Source of the DNA: Octopus sinensis
Lineage: Eukaryota
Assembly (NCBI RefSeq): GCF_006345805.1
Contig: NC_043013.1
Span: 37,820,001 to 37,884,000 of the forward strand
Reading direction: 5' to 3'
Length of the DNA: 64,000 nucleotides
The position numbers and the translations under genes were made by a program. The notes below the pieces were generated by a model. It was given only the letters and a program-made list of their open reading frames with translations. It was not told the DNA's origin and made no database searches. Positions 17,745 through 31,100 of this stretch are shown here, one piece after another. The stretch's first letter is position 1. Every line of letters begins with the position of its first letter.

Positions 17745-18270
17745 TAGCTTAAAGCTTATAAGCGATCACCGCGCAAGTCCAATAATGGGGCATATAAGCC
17801 CTCGATAGAAAAAAGGTTTTCCCGTACGCGCAGGACTCGAACCCTCATCTCTATCTTTATGTAACTAAGTGTGCTACCGTTACACCAACGAAGCAACCTG
17901 CTTCTTTCTGTCAGATTTAAAAAAGGTAATTAGTTCGTAGGTATTTTTCTACGCAAACTTTCACGTGCTTTCACTGCGATGGTTTTGTTAAGCAGCGTCG
18001 ATTTTTACAATTCTGTAAATAATAATGGTATTTTATAAACTTAAATCTTATAAACGATCACGGCAGAATGTCTAAAGCAAATAGTCTAATAATGGAGTAT
18101 ATAAGCCCTCGACAGAAAATAGTAGGTTTTTCTGTACGGGTGGGACACGTACCCAAACCACTTTGTTTATGCGAGCAAGTGTACTGTCGTTACACCAACG
18201 AACCAACGCACCAAACTTCGACGAGACTATACAATATTATACTTTACAATTAAGGTTTTGTGTAAATAGA
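17745..18270 (-). repeat. Diverged tandem pair of roughly 300-bp units, each with a tRNA-like segment (about 17818-17894 and 18125-18204)
   Basis: Minus strand GCTTCGTTGGTGTAACGGTAGCACAC..GGGTTCGAGTCC (A and B boxes); shared flank CTTAAA.CTTATAA.CGATCAC..TAATGG..ATATAAGCCCTCGA.AGAAAA. Confidence 0.7.
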
Positions 18271-20437
18271 AAAAGACCAGCAAGAAAGAGCAGCGACATT
18301 CCCCTTGCCTCAGAAAAAATGAACAAATTACATATTACATACTACAGTGAAGATTGCCTGAGAGAAACAAAATGGTTACTTTTTGAATATTTTAATAATA
18401 GGTTTTCTCAATCATGGTTCATCTTATAATATCAGCAACACCATCACTACCACCGAGGGGACAGCAACGTACCTTAGAACTGTACGGTTGGGAAAATACG
18501 CTTCACAGTTATCTCCTGTTGTTTTGACCTTCTAAATATACATGACCAATTGCACATCAAACCCCATCCCACCCTTCTCTAAAAGCGAATGACTTTTTAA
18601 TAAAGATTTTCCCAGATATTCATAAAAAAAGACGGGCTCGTCACATCTGGAACGCCTTGGACAATGTGTCTGTTCCGTTAGAGCTGCCATGTAGCTAAAC
18701 AAGTACAACTACAATGACAACGGCAACTGTATATTAATGTTTAACTTTAGCATGATTCATCGTTATTGAACCAATATCATGCATATGAGCGTCTGTTTCT
18801 TCTAACTTAATATAACCGTAATATTGAGTCATTTCTTTGCCGTTATTTAATCATAGTTTACTCAAATAGCTACATGAATGGATGGAAAAACTCCATCATA
18901 TCCTAATATCCTACGTTTCTCTCAGTTCTTGATTGGTAATTTAAACCATGATTGCCTTGTTATTCACATAAACATTTTCAATGTATGAATTGAAAGCATT
19001 TAACAGTACATAACCTTTCACCGAGTCCATCATTCTAGTGACAATTTTCCCTGTTAAACATCGCTAAAGTATTTGGTAATCCTCTTTTAACTTCAGAAAA
19101 CCTCTTTTCATGATGTCAACGATGAAATTACTGAAAGGTTCGAAGAAAGACTTAGAATGCCTTAACGATAATCGATTTCAAAGGAAAATCATGTACAACC
19201 ATTTTATGTGAACTCTGTAAATGTCTCATATTACAACACCAGTGCCTTATCTATCGAGTTATGCATGCAATCTATGGAGTTTGTTGTTTCGTATAATCCG
19301 TATTTGTCAGGTTCATTAACGTTTTCATGGCGATAACAATTCTGAGTAATGCGATGAGGACTTTGTTTTTGATATAGTTATTATGTTTGTATTTATTGTT
19401 GCTTTTTTTCCCCTTTAAAACCAGGTGCAAATTCATTGAAGCAATTTCATATATTTGATAAAATGCAATTCATTCATTCATTCATTCCTTACATCTATTT
19501 CAATAATGGTGGGGTGTCACAGAAGAAACTTGTTTTCCTCTATCACATTAAAACTCCTGTAAATGACAAAAGCTGTGATGATAATGCCATGGAATGAAAC
19601 CCGAAAAGTTAATGTGTTTGCAGGACTTGATCATTCTTACTTGCTGACAGCAAATCTAACTTATGTGACATTTAGACATTAGGCATATCATTCAAAACTG
19701 AAAGACAAACTCAATATTCTTCTGCTAGAATAGCCGTCTCTGTTGTTACACTTATCACAGAAATTTATATACATATTATAACTATCAATTTTAACCATGC
19801 GTCAATCTACGCAATTGATCCTATCATTCAAAGTAATTCTCCTTGATCGAAGTAATAGGTGAGCACTCAACGTATATCCACACGAAACAAGGGTAGATCC
19901 TTTTTCTTATTAGAGGAAATTGATCTGCGTTTCAATAAATTATGGAATTGATCAGCACACAGACACACATACAAGACACACTCAAATATACATACATACA
20001 TATATATAATTGCATGCATATATGTATGTAATTGTGTATACAGATATATATATATATATAAATATATGTATAGACATGTGTGTACTTATATATGCGTATG
20101 TATGTCTATATGGATAAATATATGTTGTCTGTATGAGTAGATTCTGTCGATGTGGGACAGGTTTCAAGTTAGAGTCAGCGTTGAGCAATTTTCAAAATTG
20201 AATTGATTATTCAGACTGACTTCTCCCAGCTATCAACTTTCTAAATATATGTCTCGCAATTACACAACTTTTCTTGACAGTATTGGTAGAACATACTAAT
20301 AAATACATCTAACATGCTATCAAGGATATCATCATTGTAAATCGTACTGTCATGTGTCTACATATGTGTGTGTGTGTGTGTGTATAAATCTATCTCCCTC
20401 TATATCTATCTCTATCTATCTACTTCGATATATATAT

Positions 20438-20725
<288 letters not shown>

Positions 20726-21326
20726 ATATGTATATATATTATATATATGTAAATGTATATATTTACGTAAGTATACATAGAAACATACATACATGTAGAT
20801 TCATATATATGTGTTTGAGTTTGTGTGTGTGAACGGGTGTAGTGTGCGCTTGCGTGCATATGTGTGTATGTGTGTATTGATACTACCAAACGTTGTGAAC
20901 TTGCTATATAAAAAAAAATTATATCAGTTGAAGCATACAAGTTATCGATCAGAAAAATATAGAACAATATTGATATTCTAAGCTATTATTGACCTTCATT
21001 ATTGAGATCGCATAAAAAGTTCAAACTCTATTCTCCCTAATGCAAAACGCGAGTACGAAATCGTTCAACACTGTACAAGGTATTAAGTTCTTCAAACACC
21101 CAAGGTCTGGAAATTGTGCCAATTTGCCAACTTCAAGCACCAGGCAGAATCCCACACGTGAATTTCGTCATAGTGCTGTTTTTCTCACAAACAGTTCCCA
21201 ACTGAGCCTATTATACTGTGTAGTCATCCAAATCAAAAACAGCAATGCGCATGCGAGAAATAAAAAAATATAAAATGGTGACAATATACCTATCGCACTC
21301 GGCATGTATATATATATATATATATA

Positions 21327-21827
21327 TCCGATTATGTACATTGAGGACTTACCTCCCTTTTTCAGTCATTAACACTGTGCTTTTGTGGGGTTTTTTTTTA
21401 GCTGTTTTAACTCTTATCTTTAGCAGACGATGTGCTAGTCAGTACCCTCTGTCACTTTGCGACCTCTCTTAATTTTACCCTTAGTTTCTAATTGCTAATA
21501 AGCTACGCTTTTTAATTTGTTGCTTAGACTTTTATCGATTTGAAAATCAACACACGTTTTTATTATATGACTGACAGTGGTAGTTGCGTTTAACCTTAGG
21601 CTTTAAGACTCTCTGACAAGGATTAATATGGTTTACATCAAAATCCAGAATCGCGATCCGACTGTGTACGCTGTGGACTTACCTCCCTTTGCTAGTATTT
21701 AAGACAGTGCTTTTGAAGCTTTTCGAGTTGTTTTAACTCTTATTTCTAGCAAAGGCAGTGCTAGTCAGTGCCCTCTGTCACTTTTGTGACCTCTGTTAAT
21801 TTCTCCTTTAGGTTCTAATTGCTAATG
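21327..21827 (+). repeat. Diverged partial tandem (about 1.5 copies, period about 330 bp)
   Basis: 21327-21500 matches 21656-21827 (GGACTTACCTCCCTTT..TGTTTTAACTCTTAT..GTGCTAGTCAGT.CCCTCTGTCACTTT..TTCTAATTGCTAAT). Confidence 0.85.
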
Positions 21828-21844
21828 AATCACCCTTTTAAATT

Positions 21845-21846
21845 TA

Positions 21847-21906
<60 letters not shown>

Positions 21907-22035
21907 AGGTGGTGGTGGTGGTGGTGGTAATAGTAGTAGTAGTAGTAGTAGTAATAGAAGTGGTGGTGTTGGTGGTGATGATGGTGGTGGTGGTGGTGGC
22001 GATGGCGGTGGTGGTGGTGGTGGTGGTGGTGGTAA

Positions 22036-22088
<53 letters not shown>

Positions 22089-22230
22089 ACAGCAGGTGCC
22101 GCTGCTGGAGAAGAAGAAGAAGGAGAAGAGAAGAAGAAGAAGAAGAAGAAGAAGAAGAAGAAGAAGAAGAAGAAGAAGAAGAAGAAGAAGAAGAAGGAAC
22201 AGAAGAAGAAGGAAAAGAAGAAGAAGAAGA
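21845..22230. repeat. Compound trinucleotide array (TAG)n/(TGG)n/(AAG)n
   Basis: Direct reading. Confidence 0.97.
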
Positions 22231-22699
22231 CCCTGTGGAAGACAACAAAAATGCAATATCATTTGCAACAGCAGCAACATCAAAACTATGCGAAACAAAA
22301 CAAGAACAAAGCATCAGTCATAGACTTCATGATGCGTATGCGTGCTCGCGCGTGCGTATGTGTGTTTGTGTTCGTACGAGAGCAAAAGAGAAAGGGAGGG
22401 AGGTTGAGAGTGGAAGCGTGAGTGAAAAAGATCAAAAGTGAGAGAGATCGTAAGAAGAGAGTGAGAGCGACAGGAAGAGTGAGGGAGAGAGTGAGCGAGC
22501 GAGAACAAAAAAAGGGTGAGGGTGGACGAGAGAGGATGAGAGTGGATGAGAGTGCGAGGGTGAGAGTCAGAGTGAGAGTGAGAATGAAAGTGAATGCGTG
22601 ACAGAGAGGGGTATACAGCAAGAGAGAGAGTAGAGTAAAAAGAGAGGAGTAAAAAGAATATATATGGAAGTCATTTTCGACCAATGGTCAGTGTGATAA

Positions 22700-22817
22700 G
22701 ATGATGATGATGGTGCTGACAATGACGATGATGATGATGATGATGATGACGATGATGATGACGATGATGATGATAATGATGATAATGATGATGACGACGA
22801 TGATGACGATGATGATA

Positions 22818-22857
<40 letters not shown>

Positions 22858-23080
22858 CGGTGATGATGATGATGACGATGATGACGATGATGACGATGAT
22901 GATGATGATGATGATGATGATTGTGATGATGATGGTGATGATGATGACGATGATGACAACGACGACGACGACGACGATGATGATGATGATGATGATGATG
23001 TTGACAATGACGATGATGATAATGACGATGATGATAATGATGATGATGATGATGACGACGATGATGATGATGATGATGGC
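22700..23080. repeat. (GAT/GAC)n trinucleotide array
   Basis: Direct reading. Confidence 0.97.
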
Positions 23081-23480
23081 AGTGATAGTGATGGTTCTGG
23101 ATGTTGGTGTTGATGTTGGCGTTGGTGGTGTTACAAGTACGGGGGGGGGCTTGGTGGGGTGGTTGTTAAAAATTTGGCCACTGTCCAGTTGACCATCTGC
23201 GTTTGTAATTTTCTCCGAATTCTATTGATTGGAAAAGATCAGCTGATAAAAGACGTTAAATTGTCGCAGTGGCTTAGTTTAGTAGCTTATCTCCAGCAAA
23301 TCAAATTCGAATTAAGCCAAATGAGCTAACTTAACTATTTGATCAGTGTTTGAGAGGATGAGCGAACGGACGGCTATACGAAGTTATTGAGACTAGGTGT
23401 CAATGTCAGCGTGCCCGTGTATGTGCGTGCGGTGTGTTTTCTCTTTTTATGCACGCGTGTGTGTGGGGGCGTGTGTGTGT

Positions 23481-23522
<42 letters not shown>

Positions 23523-23539
23523 GTGTTTGTTTGTCTTTG

Positions 23540-23918
23540 TGTGTGCTTATCTATATACGCGTGTACCAGGATGACTGAACAAAATGAAATATGACGTCAA
23601 AGGCATCTCGCTAAAGCCGAATCTCTATGTGTGTATATATTTATGTATATGTACGTGCGTATACATGTATGTATGTATGTAGGTTTGTATGTATGCATGC
23701 GCGTGTATATGTATGTATGTATGTATGTATGTGTATGTATGTCTCGCTCTGTACATCAGTATGTCCATGTTTGTGTATGAGTTTATTTTTTTGTTGTTGT
23801 TGTATATGCGTGTACAGTTTTCTGTGTGCATGTCTATCTATATGCCTCGGTGTATGTGTGCGTGCGTATGCATTCTGTGTGCCTGCGTGCGTGCGTGTGT
23901 ATGTGTGTGTGTGTGTGT

Positions 23919-23953
<35 letters not shown>

Positions 23954-24180
23954 CGTGTGTGTTTGCACTTATCTATACGTGTGTGAGTAACAGGATGTCT
24001 GAACAATGTGAAGCATAACGTGAAAGTAGTTTCATTGAAGCCGAATGTCTATGAGTGCGTATTTATATATATATGTGCATGTGAGCATGTATGTAGATTT
24101 CTATGTATGTACGTATGTATATATGCAGATTTCTATGCAGAGATGTATGTATATACGTATGTCTCGCTCTGTACAAGAGT
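23540..24180. repeat. Old tandem duplication, period about 425 bp
   Basis: CTTATCTATA..CAGGATG.CTGAACAA..AAGCCGAAT.TCTATG and TATGTCTCGCTCTGTACA each occur twice. Confidence 0.75.
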
Positions 24181-24517
24181 GAAACGTTTGCTTGTCTGCG
24201 TGCTTTTGTGATAATCTATGTGCATATTGCGCATAGGATATATAATGTGGATGTACAGGGTGTATAGCGGATACACTTTAAGCAAATTGAATGAACAACT
24301 ATATAAAGCATCCGCAATGGAATATGTGCGTAAGTAATTGTATAGGGATGGATTATCTGTGAATGTGATCGTTTTTACCCGGGTATTTATGTGCATGTTT
24401 GAATGTGTGTCTATATATATATATATAAGCATATATATATATATATATATATATGTCTTTTTGCGTATATGTTATATGTTTGAGCATGGGTATGTCTAAT
24501 AATGTGTGTGTGTGTGT

Positions 24518-24557
<40 letters not shown>

Positions 24558-24989
24558 TGTTAATACTTTACGCTTAGCGCCGTAAACCTAATCCTTGCTT
24601 TATTGGCTTCGAAACCAACTCCTACGGTAAGTAAGAGAATATGAGATGAAACAGCGATAGAAGCAGAAAGTAGTAAAGAAAGAAATAAAGTAAAGAAGGA
24701 AGGAAGATGATAAGAAAGGGTCAAAGCAGAAAAGGAAAGAGTAAGAGCGATTGGTCCTTTAACGAGTGCATTATAATTATCAATACACAGTAGCGGAGTG
24801 CTAAGCCTACTCTCTCACTCACTTTGTCTCACACTTTACTGTTCTCTCTCCATCTATTTATATATGTATGTAATGCCTGTAAGTGAGTGTGTTTAAATAT
24901 ATATAAAGGTTTTAACAAAATACATGTGTCAAAGTAACAAACACCAAATATAATTAATATAGAGTCACTGTATTTATCACAGCATGCGT

Positions 24990-25530
24990 TCCAGAAGTGT
25001 TTGATGATTTCAAAGTAGTGCAAAACTCTAATCTCCTTCGATGTAAGATCCTTCGACTTCACTGTATACGTTGTATCTTTCCATCCATTTTATGAAGGCG
25101 CCAGGGAAGCCCTTCAAAATGAGGGTGCCCAAAAATCTTGTCAACTTCTTTCATTTTCTTCTTCGACTCGAGATCAACCAAAAGCCACAGAGGACAATGT
25201 ATGGACTGTACAGAGTGTGCGGTGCAGCTTTGATGGAACTGTGGGTTGGTACATTGTTCAGGTGGAGATGCATTGGCTTTTTGCGACGAAATCTCTTCTT
25301 GATCCTCTGAAATCCTCCAGAAAGTATCATCTGGCCGGAGGGCACCCAATGAATGTAGATGATGCCCCTCACCGAAAAATGCTTCTTGTCGGACTTGGTA
25401 TGCTTGGCCGATTATGCCAAACAAAGTTAATCCACGTTGAGTTACGAAAATTTCATAAGCTGCTGCAACGCTTTATCCAAGTTTATTAAAAAAATCTTTA
25501 TTGTGTACCGAGCTTCCAGATTCTCTTCAC
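24990..25530 (-). mobile_element. Degraded mariner (DD34D-type) transposase relic
   Basis: GIIYIHWVPSGQ, RFRRKKP..LHLNNVPTHS and PHTLYSPYIVLCGFWL resemble mariner LHHDNAPAH and HPPYSPDLAPCDFWLF. Confidence 0.8.
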
Positions 25531-25537
25531 ATCCCGA

Positions 25538-25703
25538 TAGGCGCAGGAGTAGCTGTGTGGTAAGTAGCTTGCTAACCAACCACATGGTTCCGGGTTCAGT
25601 CCCACTGCGTGGCATCTTGGACAAGTGTCTTCTGCTATAGCCCCGGCCGACCAATGCCTTGTGAGTGGATTTTGTAGACGGAAACTGAAAGAAGCCTGTC
25701 ATA

Positions 25704-25748
<45 letters not shown>

Positions 25749-25965
25749 ATGTGTTTGTGTGTCTGTGTTTGTCACCCTAGCATTGCTTGACAACCGATGC
25801 TGGTGTGCTTGCGTCCCCGTCACTTAGCGGTTCGGCAAAGGAGGCCGATAGAATAAGTACTGGGCTTACAAAGAATAAGATCCGGGGTCGATTTGCTCGA
25901 CTAAAGGTGGTGCTCCAGCATGGCCGCAGTCAAATGACTGAAACATGTAAAAGAGTAAAAGAGTA
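25538..25965 (+). mobile_element. SINE family A, full length
   Basis: Complete head-CORE-microsatellite-tail with (GTAAAAGA)n end. Confidence 0.93.
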
Positions 25966-26735
25966 AGTCAGCTTATTAGCGGTATCGTAACTTACAATAA
26001 TCTAGGATACAATAATCTAGAATAGTTATAACTGCCACTCCTAAAAAAAAAATGTTCATGACTCCATTCCGTTTAGTTTGATTATTCTCAAACTGGTCCG
26101 TTGTCTCAAGCAGCTTCGCAAACTCCTGAATCAAACATCTTTTATTAGACATAAGTACAATCATAAAATTTGCACTGCCACATGTGAATGCCTTGTTAGG
26201 ACACAATGATAAAGTTCCTTTGATATTTTCTCATAGCATTCTGAGCACTTTTCCAAGACTTTTGTCTTTTTCGCACATTCACGTTCTATTGTAAATGATG
26301 AAAAACTATTGTGTTGTAAGGTGGCTGCATTCTGAAGGAATTACTGACCTTGAGAATCTCACCAGGGCCAAGGCCTTACTAAAATGTAATTTCAGAATAC
26401 ATCAAATGGAAGAAAAGAAGAAAATGAACTATCACGTAGTGACCAATAATCACAAAGTATAGTCGTACTGGATAAAGATGTCAACTGATACTTCATGCTA
26501 AATAATCGACAATCAAGCACTGTGATGCTGTTTGTGAATTGATGACAATGGTTTTCTTCATCGTCTCCTAGCCATTATTTTATTTACTTTAGTATTGACA
26601 TTGTATTTGTACCGTTCGTCTTTTCATAAGGATCGATCTAATCGACTACCTCTTCCCCAAATTTTTCGGGCCTTGTGGCTAGAGTAGACAAAAAATATAT
26701 ATGATAGATATATGGATGGATAGATAGATAGATAT

Positions 26736-26766
<31 letters not shown>

Positions 26767-26771
26767 TATGG

Positions 26772-26851
<80 letters not shown>

Positions 26852-26871
26852 TTAGATAGATAGATACAGAC

Positions 26872-26905
<34 letters not shown>

Positions 26906-27379
26906 TATACAAATATGTACGTATGCATGTATACAAGTATGTACTATTTATGTACGCGTTTTGTATCATACAGTTGGCTAGGCTAGGTTCCATTCAAGTG
27001 AACTGTAATGGAATATATTCCGTAAACTAAGTGATAAAGGAATATAACACTCTATACCCTGAGGTATTGTGTACTTTATTAATAAAGCTTTCTCACTCGA
27101 AGTAATACCGGGTAATTGTATGCGTACGTATGTTTCTATGCATGTATTTATGTGTGTGCGTGTTTGTCTATAATTATCTTTGCTTTATATAGATGCAAAC
27201 AGACACTAGTACACGTTCGCACACTTTCTTACTTTGAAACGTATGAACTTGTGGAAACTTTGGTAGGTAGTACGCGATTATATGCTTTAGCTTAGCGCTT
27301 TTCTTATGAAGTTCAGAGGCAGTAGTTTTAACATATTCATGCAATCATGTGCGATTAGAACGTAATTCTTAATGAATAT

Positions 27380-28070
27380 GAGAATATTGCCTTTCCCCAT
27401 TAGCGAAATGAAGCTGAAGTTTATCCTTAATTAGTCAAGCATCGTTTGAAGGCGCCTGGTGGATATGAAATCTTTAATCCCCGACAATGAAAGAATCCCA
27501 AAAGTATTTCTGTTTCGAATAACTGTATTTCTGCCAGGCATATTCTGTTCAACAAATGCAAACTTGCTCATATTTGCTTGGCATCAGAACATAAAAATTT
27601 TTTTATTAGTTACAAATTTTGCAAGGAAATACTTTATGATCGGAGCAATATGTATCTATATAAAAGCTTATGTCTTAATTAGACAGACGGTTGTAAATGA
27701 ATTACTAGGTCGTTAATTATCTTTACCGATATAACATGATTTTATACAAACATTGTTTTACGTTCTAGGAATTGAAGTTCGCCTCATATCCAAATAATTA
27801 CGTGATAGACTCAAATACGTGGCACGATTAACAAGTTCTTCTGCCACAATCTTAGCTTGACCTAAGTATCGTGATATTTTAATTGAAATTAGGTAGAAAG
27901 ACTTTATACAGAAGACCATCCGATAGATAGAATATTTCTGTTTGTAGAAGATGTAAGGCCTTTCCTTGACCGCCACCAGTCCCTTGTATGTCTTTACTGG
28001 AGTCCATCCTGTTACAAGTTTTCCGACCACGGACTCAGTATTAGGAAGTGTACTCAAAATTTTGAGGATT
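27380..28070 (+). pseudogene. Possible highly decayed LINE apurinic-endonuclease relic
   Basis: IDRIFL...YKFSDHGL near 27923-28035 resembles the APE C-terminal RIDRIF..SDH motif; weak upstream ISEMKL (QETK-like). Confidence 0.3.
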
Positions 28071-28209
28071 TAACTCATATGGCAGTAACGACCGAATAAT
28101 GGTTTCTTACTCAATCTCAGGAGCCATGCAAAGCGTCAATATATTCTTTTTTTGACTCAATATTAAAAACATGAGTAATTTAATTTTGTTGGGGGTTGTT
28201 GTATTTCTG

Positions 28210-28470
28210 CTGCACAAGCATGGGCTCGGGTGACGCTGTACCGGAGTTTGTGCGCCTGCGCATGCATGCGCGAGCGCGTCCGCGCATGTGCATCAACGCG
28301 TGCACTCTCGCGTGCTGCGCTTGCGGACATTCGCGTGTACTTGTACGCGTGTTCTGGTGTACATCTCGGTGATCGTGTGTGCGTGTGGGCCCAGCCATGA
28401 ATTCGCGAGTCCGTGCGGGGGCGTGCATGCGCACGTATGTGCATGTAGGTACATTTCGGCGTATCCACTT
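28210..28470. other. GC- and CpG-rich purine-pyrimidine alternating island
   Basis: Dense GCGC/TGCA/CGCG words in an AT-rich background; TGCGCCTGCGCA (NRF1-like) at 28251-28262. Confidence 0.6.
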
Positions 28471-28551
28471 ATATTTACTATATTAGGTTTATCTTTGTGC
28501 TCTTCTTAATTTGTATTCCATTTTATTTATCTATTTATCTGTACATGGATA

Positions 28552-28591
<40 letters not shown>

Positions 28592-29742
28592 CATATATTT
28601 ATTTAATTATTTATTTTTGTTTATTTGGCACTTACTAACTTATAATCAATTTAATTTAATTTATAATTAATGAACTTATATCTAAATTAATAGTATCTTC
28701 TGCTTACTTTTTGTGTATGTATATATATATACGTCTTTGGATGGGAAGACACATATTTTAATTTATGATTTAGTGGATGTGGGTTGAGGTGTCGAGGTGT
28801 GTGAAAATGTGTATGTGTACGTATGTATGTTTTTGTACGTATAGGTATGTTCGTAGGTGGATGTACGGATGTATGTTTTTCTTATACATATGAGTACGTA
28901 TTAGGATATGTATATATGTATATGCAAATATATATTCATGGGTGGATATAATTATAGATTTTATTTGTACGTATGAGTGCGCAGACATATATTTAAATAT
29001 GTATATATGTGTGTATGTGAATGTTCCCTGATACAGTATATGAGAGTGTATTAATATTTATGAGTATATGCAGATGTGCGTGTGAGTATGTGTGTTAGTG
29101 TATAGACACTGCTGCCTGTACTGATTTGTCTATAAGCCATGCGATGACAGACATGCACTCTGCAATCTAGTGAATGTGTAGGGATGTTTCGGGGTGTATT
29201 CATGTGTGTGTGCATGTGTGTGTGGGTTTTTATGTGGACGTGTGGGTTTAGGGTTGGATGTGGATGTATATGTTTTTCTTGTGCGGTGTGGTGGAGGTCG
29301 GGCGGCTCTCAACGGACCAACCATGAAGAAGACAATGATAATTTAAATTCAAATCCAATAGTGTATTTATGTCATAAGGAAAATTACTAACTGGAACCCG
29401 GACATACATATGTGCCACTTCGGATCCTAATGTAAGCGTTATTAATAATATTATGAATGATAATAATGGTAGCATTAAGGATATTGACAACGATAATGAT
29501 GCTAACTTTAACGACACTTTGGAAATTAGTAGGAAGTAATATAATGTACTATTGACTATGTATATTTGCATCTAGGTACTAATATGTGTATGTTTATTAT
29601 CATAATATTAAGTTGAAGAACTGAAACGTTGAATGTGGAACATATATATGTTTACTAATTTATATTATTTATTTACATTATTATGTATATGTATATTTTT
29701 ATATGTATAGGAGTGTGAGTATATGCACTCATATGTATATGT

Positions 29743-29873
29743 ATATCTCCGAGGAGGCCTTATGATATTTTTGTAAATGTCTCATTTATATCTATATATT
29801 GACCTACCATAAAAGGCTAATATTGGTAAAATGAAACATACTTATCTACATGGCCGAAACAGCTGTAAGATGT
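29743..29873 (+). ncRNA. Type I hammerhead motif, U4C variant, with a 92-nt stem-II insert
   Basis: ATATCT-CCGAGGA-GGCC-[92 nt]-GGCC-GAAA-C-AGCT-G-TA-AGATGT: all three stems pair and stem III is palindromic. Confidence 0.72.
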
Positions 29874-30289
29874 CATCTCTACTTATTTTATATTTACTTA
29901 TATGTATATTCTTTTTTTTATATATATTCTACTTATTATACAACATTACTCTTTTATGTACACTTTCTATGTACATTCCTTTATGTACACTGATTTGTTC
30001 TACTTTTTTATGTTTAACCCTAAAGTCTCTTATGTGGTAGTTTAATAAAGTATGTGATTGAGTATTATCTGGTAATTGATATTTGATTTAGATGTATTTC
30101 TCCATTTTCTTATCTTGTATTAGTAATTTGTGGTAAATCATTTTACCTTTGCCCATATAATACAGTAAATGAATTGATTGCATCGCAATCCTTAACATTT
30201 ATGTATTAACTTTGTTGGGTACTTCACTAGCAGTATATTGGATATATGTTATCCCATGGAGGGTTGCATTTACAACCTCTATCTCAATT

Positions 30290-30627
30290 TGTATATATAT
30301 ATATTATATATATATATATATACGCACACACACACATATATATACATACGTGTTTACTTGATACAAGACCTAGTCTATAACTGTCTAAATTCGACATGAT
30401 GAATCCTTTAGTATTCGAATATTCGATTAATCAGATAGTGATATTATTCAATAACCATGGCAGTCTGATCAACTGAACATTTGTACGATTCGATGTAACG
30501 GCAAATAGCACCAGCCTAATATGTGTATGAATGTATGAATGTGTGCGTGTTGTATACATATGTATACACATAAGTAAGTGTATATCCATAATGAGACACC
30601 CACACACACTTATATATATATACAGAC

Positions 30628-30671
<44 letters not shown>

Positions 30672-30708
30672 TATATATATATGCTTATATATATTATATA
30701 TATATGCT

Positions 30709-30744
<36 letters not shown>

Positions 30745-31055
30745 ATATATACGCACACACACACATATATATACATACGTGTTTACTTGATACAAGACCT
30801 AGTCTATAACTGTCTAAATTCGACATGATGAATCCTTTAGTATTCGAATATTCGATTAATCAGATAGTGATATTATTCAATAACCATGGCAGTCTGATCA
30901 ACTGAACATTGTACGATTCGATGTAACGGCAAATAGCACCAGCCTAATATGTGTATGAATGTATGAATGTGTGCGTGTTGTATACATATGTATACACATA
31001 AGTAAGTGTATATCCATAATGAGACACCCACACACACTTATATATATATACAGAC

Positions 31056-31090
<35 letters not shown>
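30290..31090. repeat. Near-identical tandem duplication, period about 430 bp
   Basis: About 30320-30630 matches about 30750-31060, one T indel in the unique part. Confidence 0.93.

Positions 31091-31100
<10 letters not shown>

Noticed and set aside
17818-18204. Functional tRNA genes
   Set aside because: Acceptor and anticodon stems are broken and the second copy has lost its B box; kept only as tRNA-derived repeats
21340-21690. Repeated AG|GTAAGT splice donors on the minus strand suggesting tandem exons or spliced-leader RNA genes
   Set aside because: In the copy I translated, all three upstream frames contain stops, and I could not identify an Sm site or SL structure
21819-23192. Poly-V/K, poly-S and poly-M ORFs of 146-200 aa
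   Set aside because: Pure trinucleotide arrays with no splice or domain context
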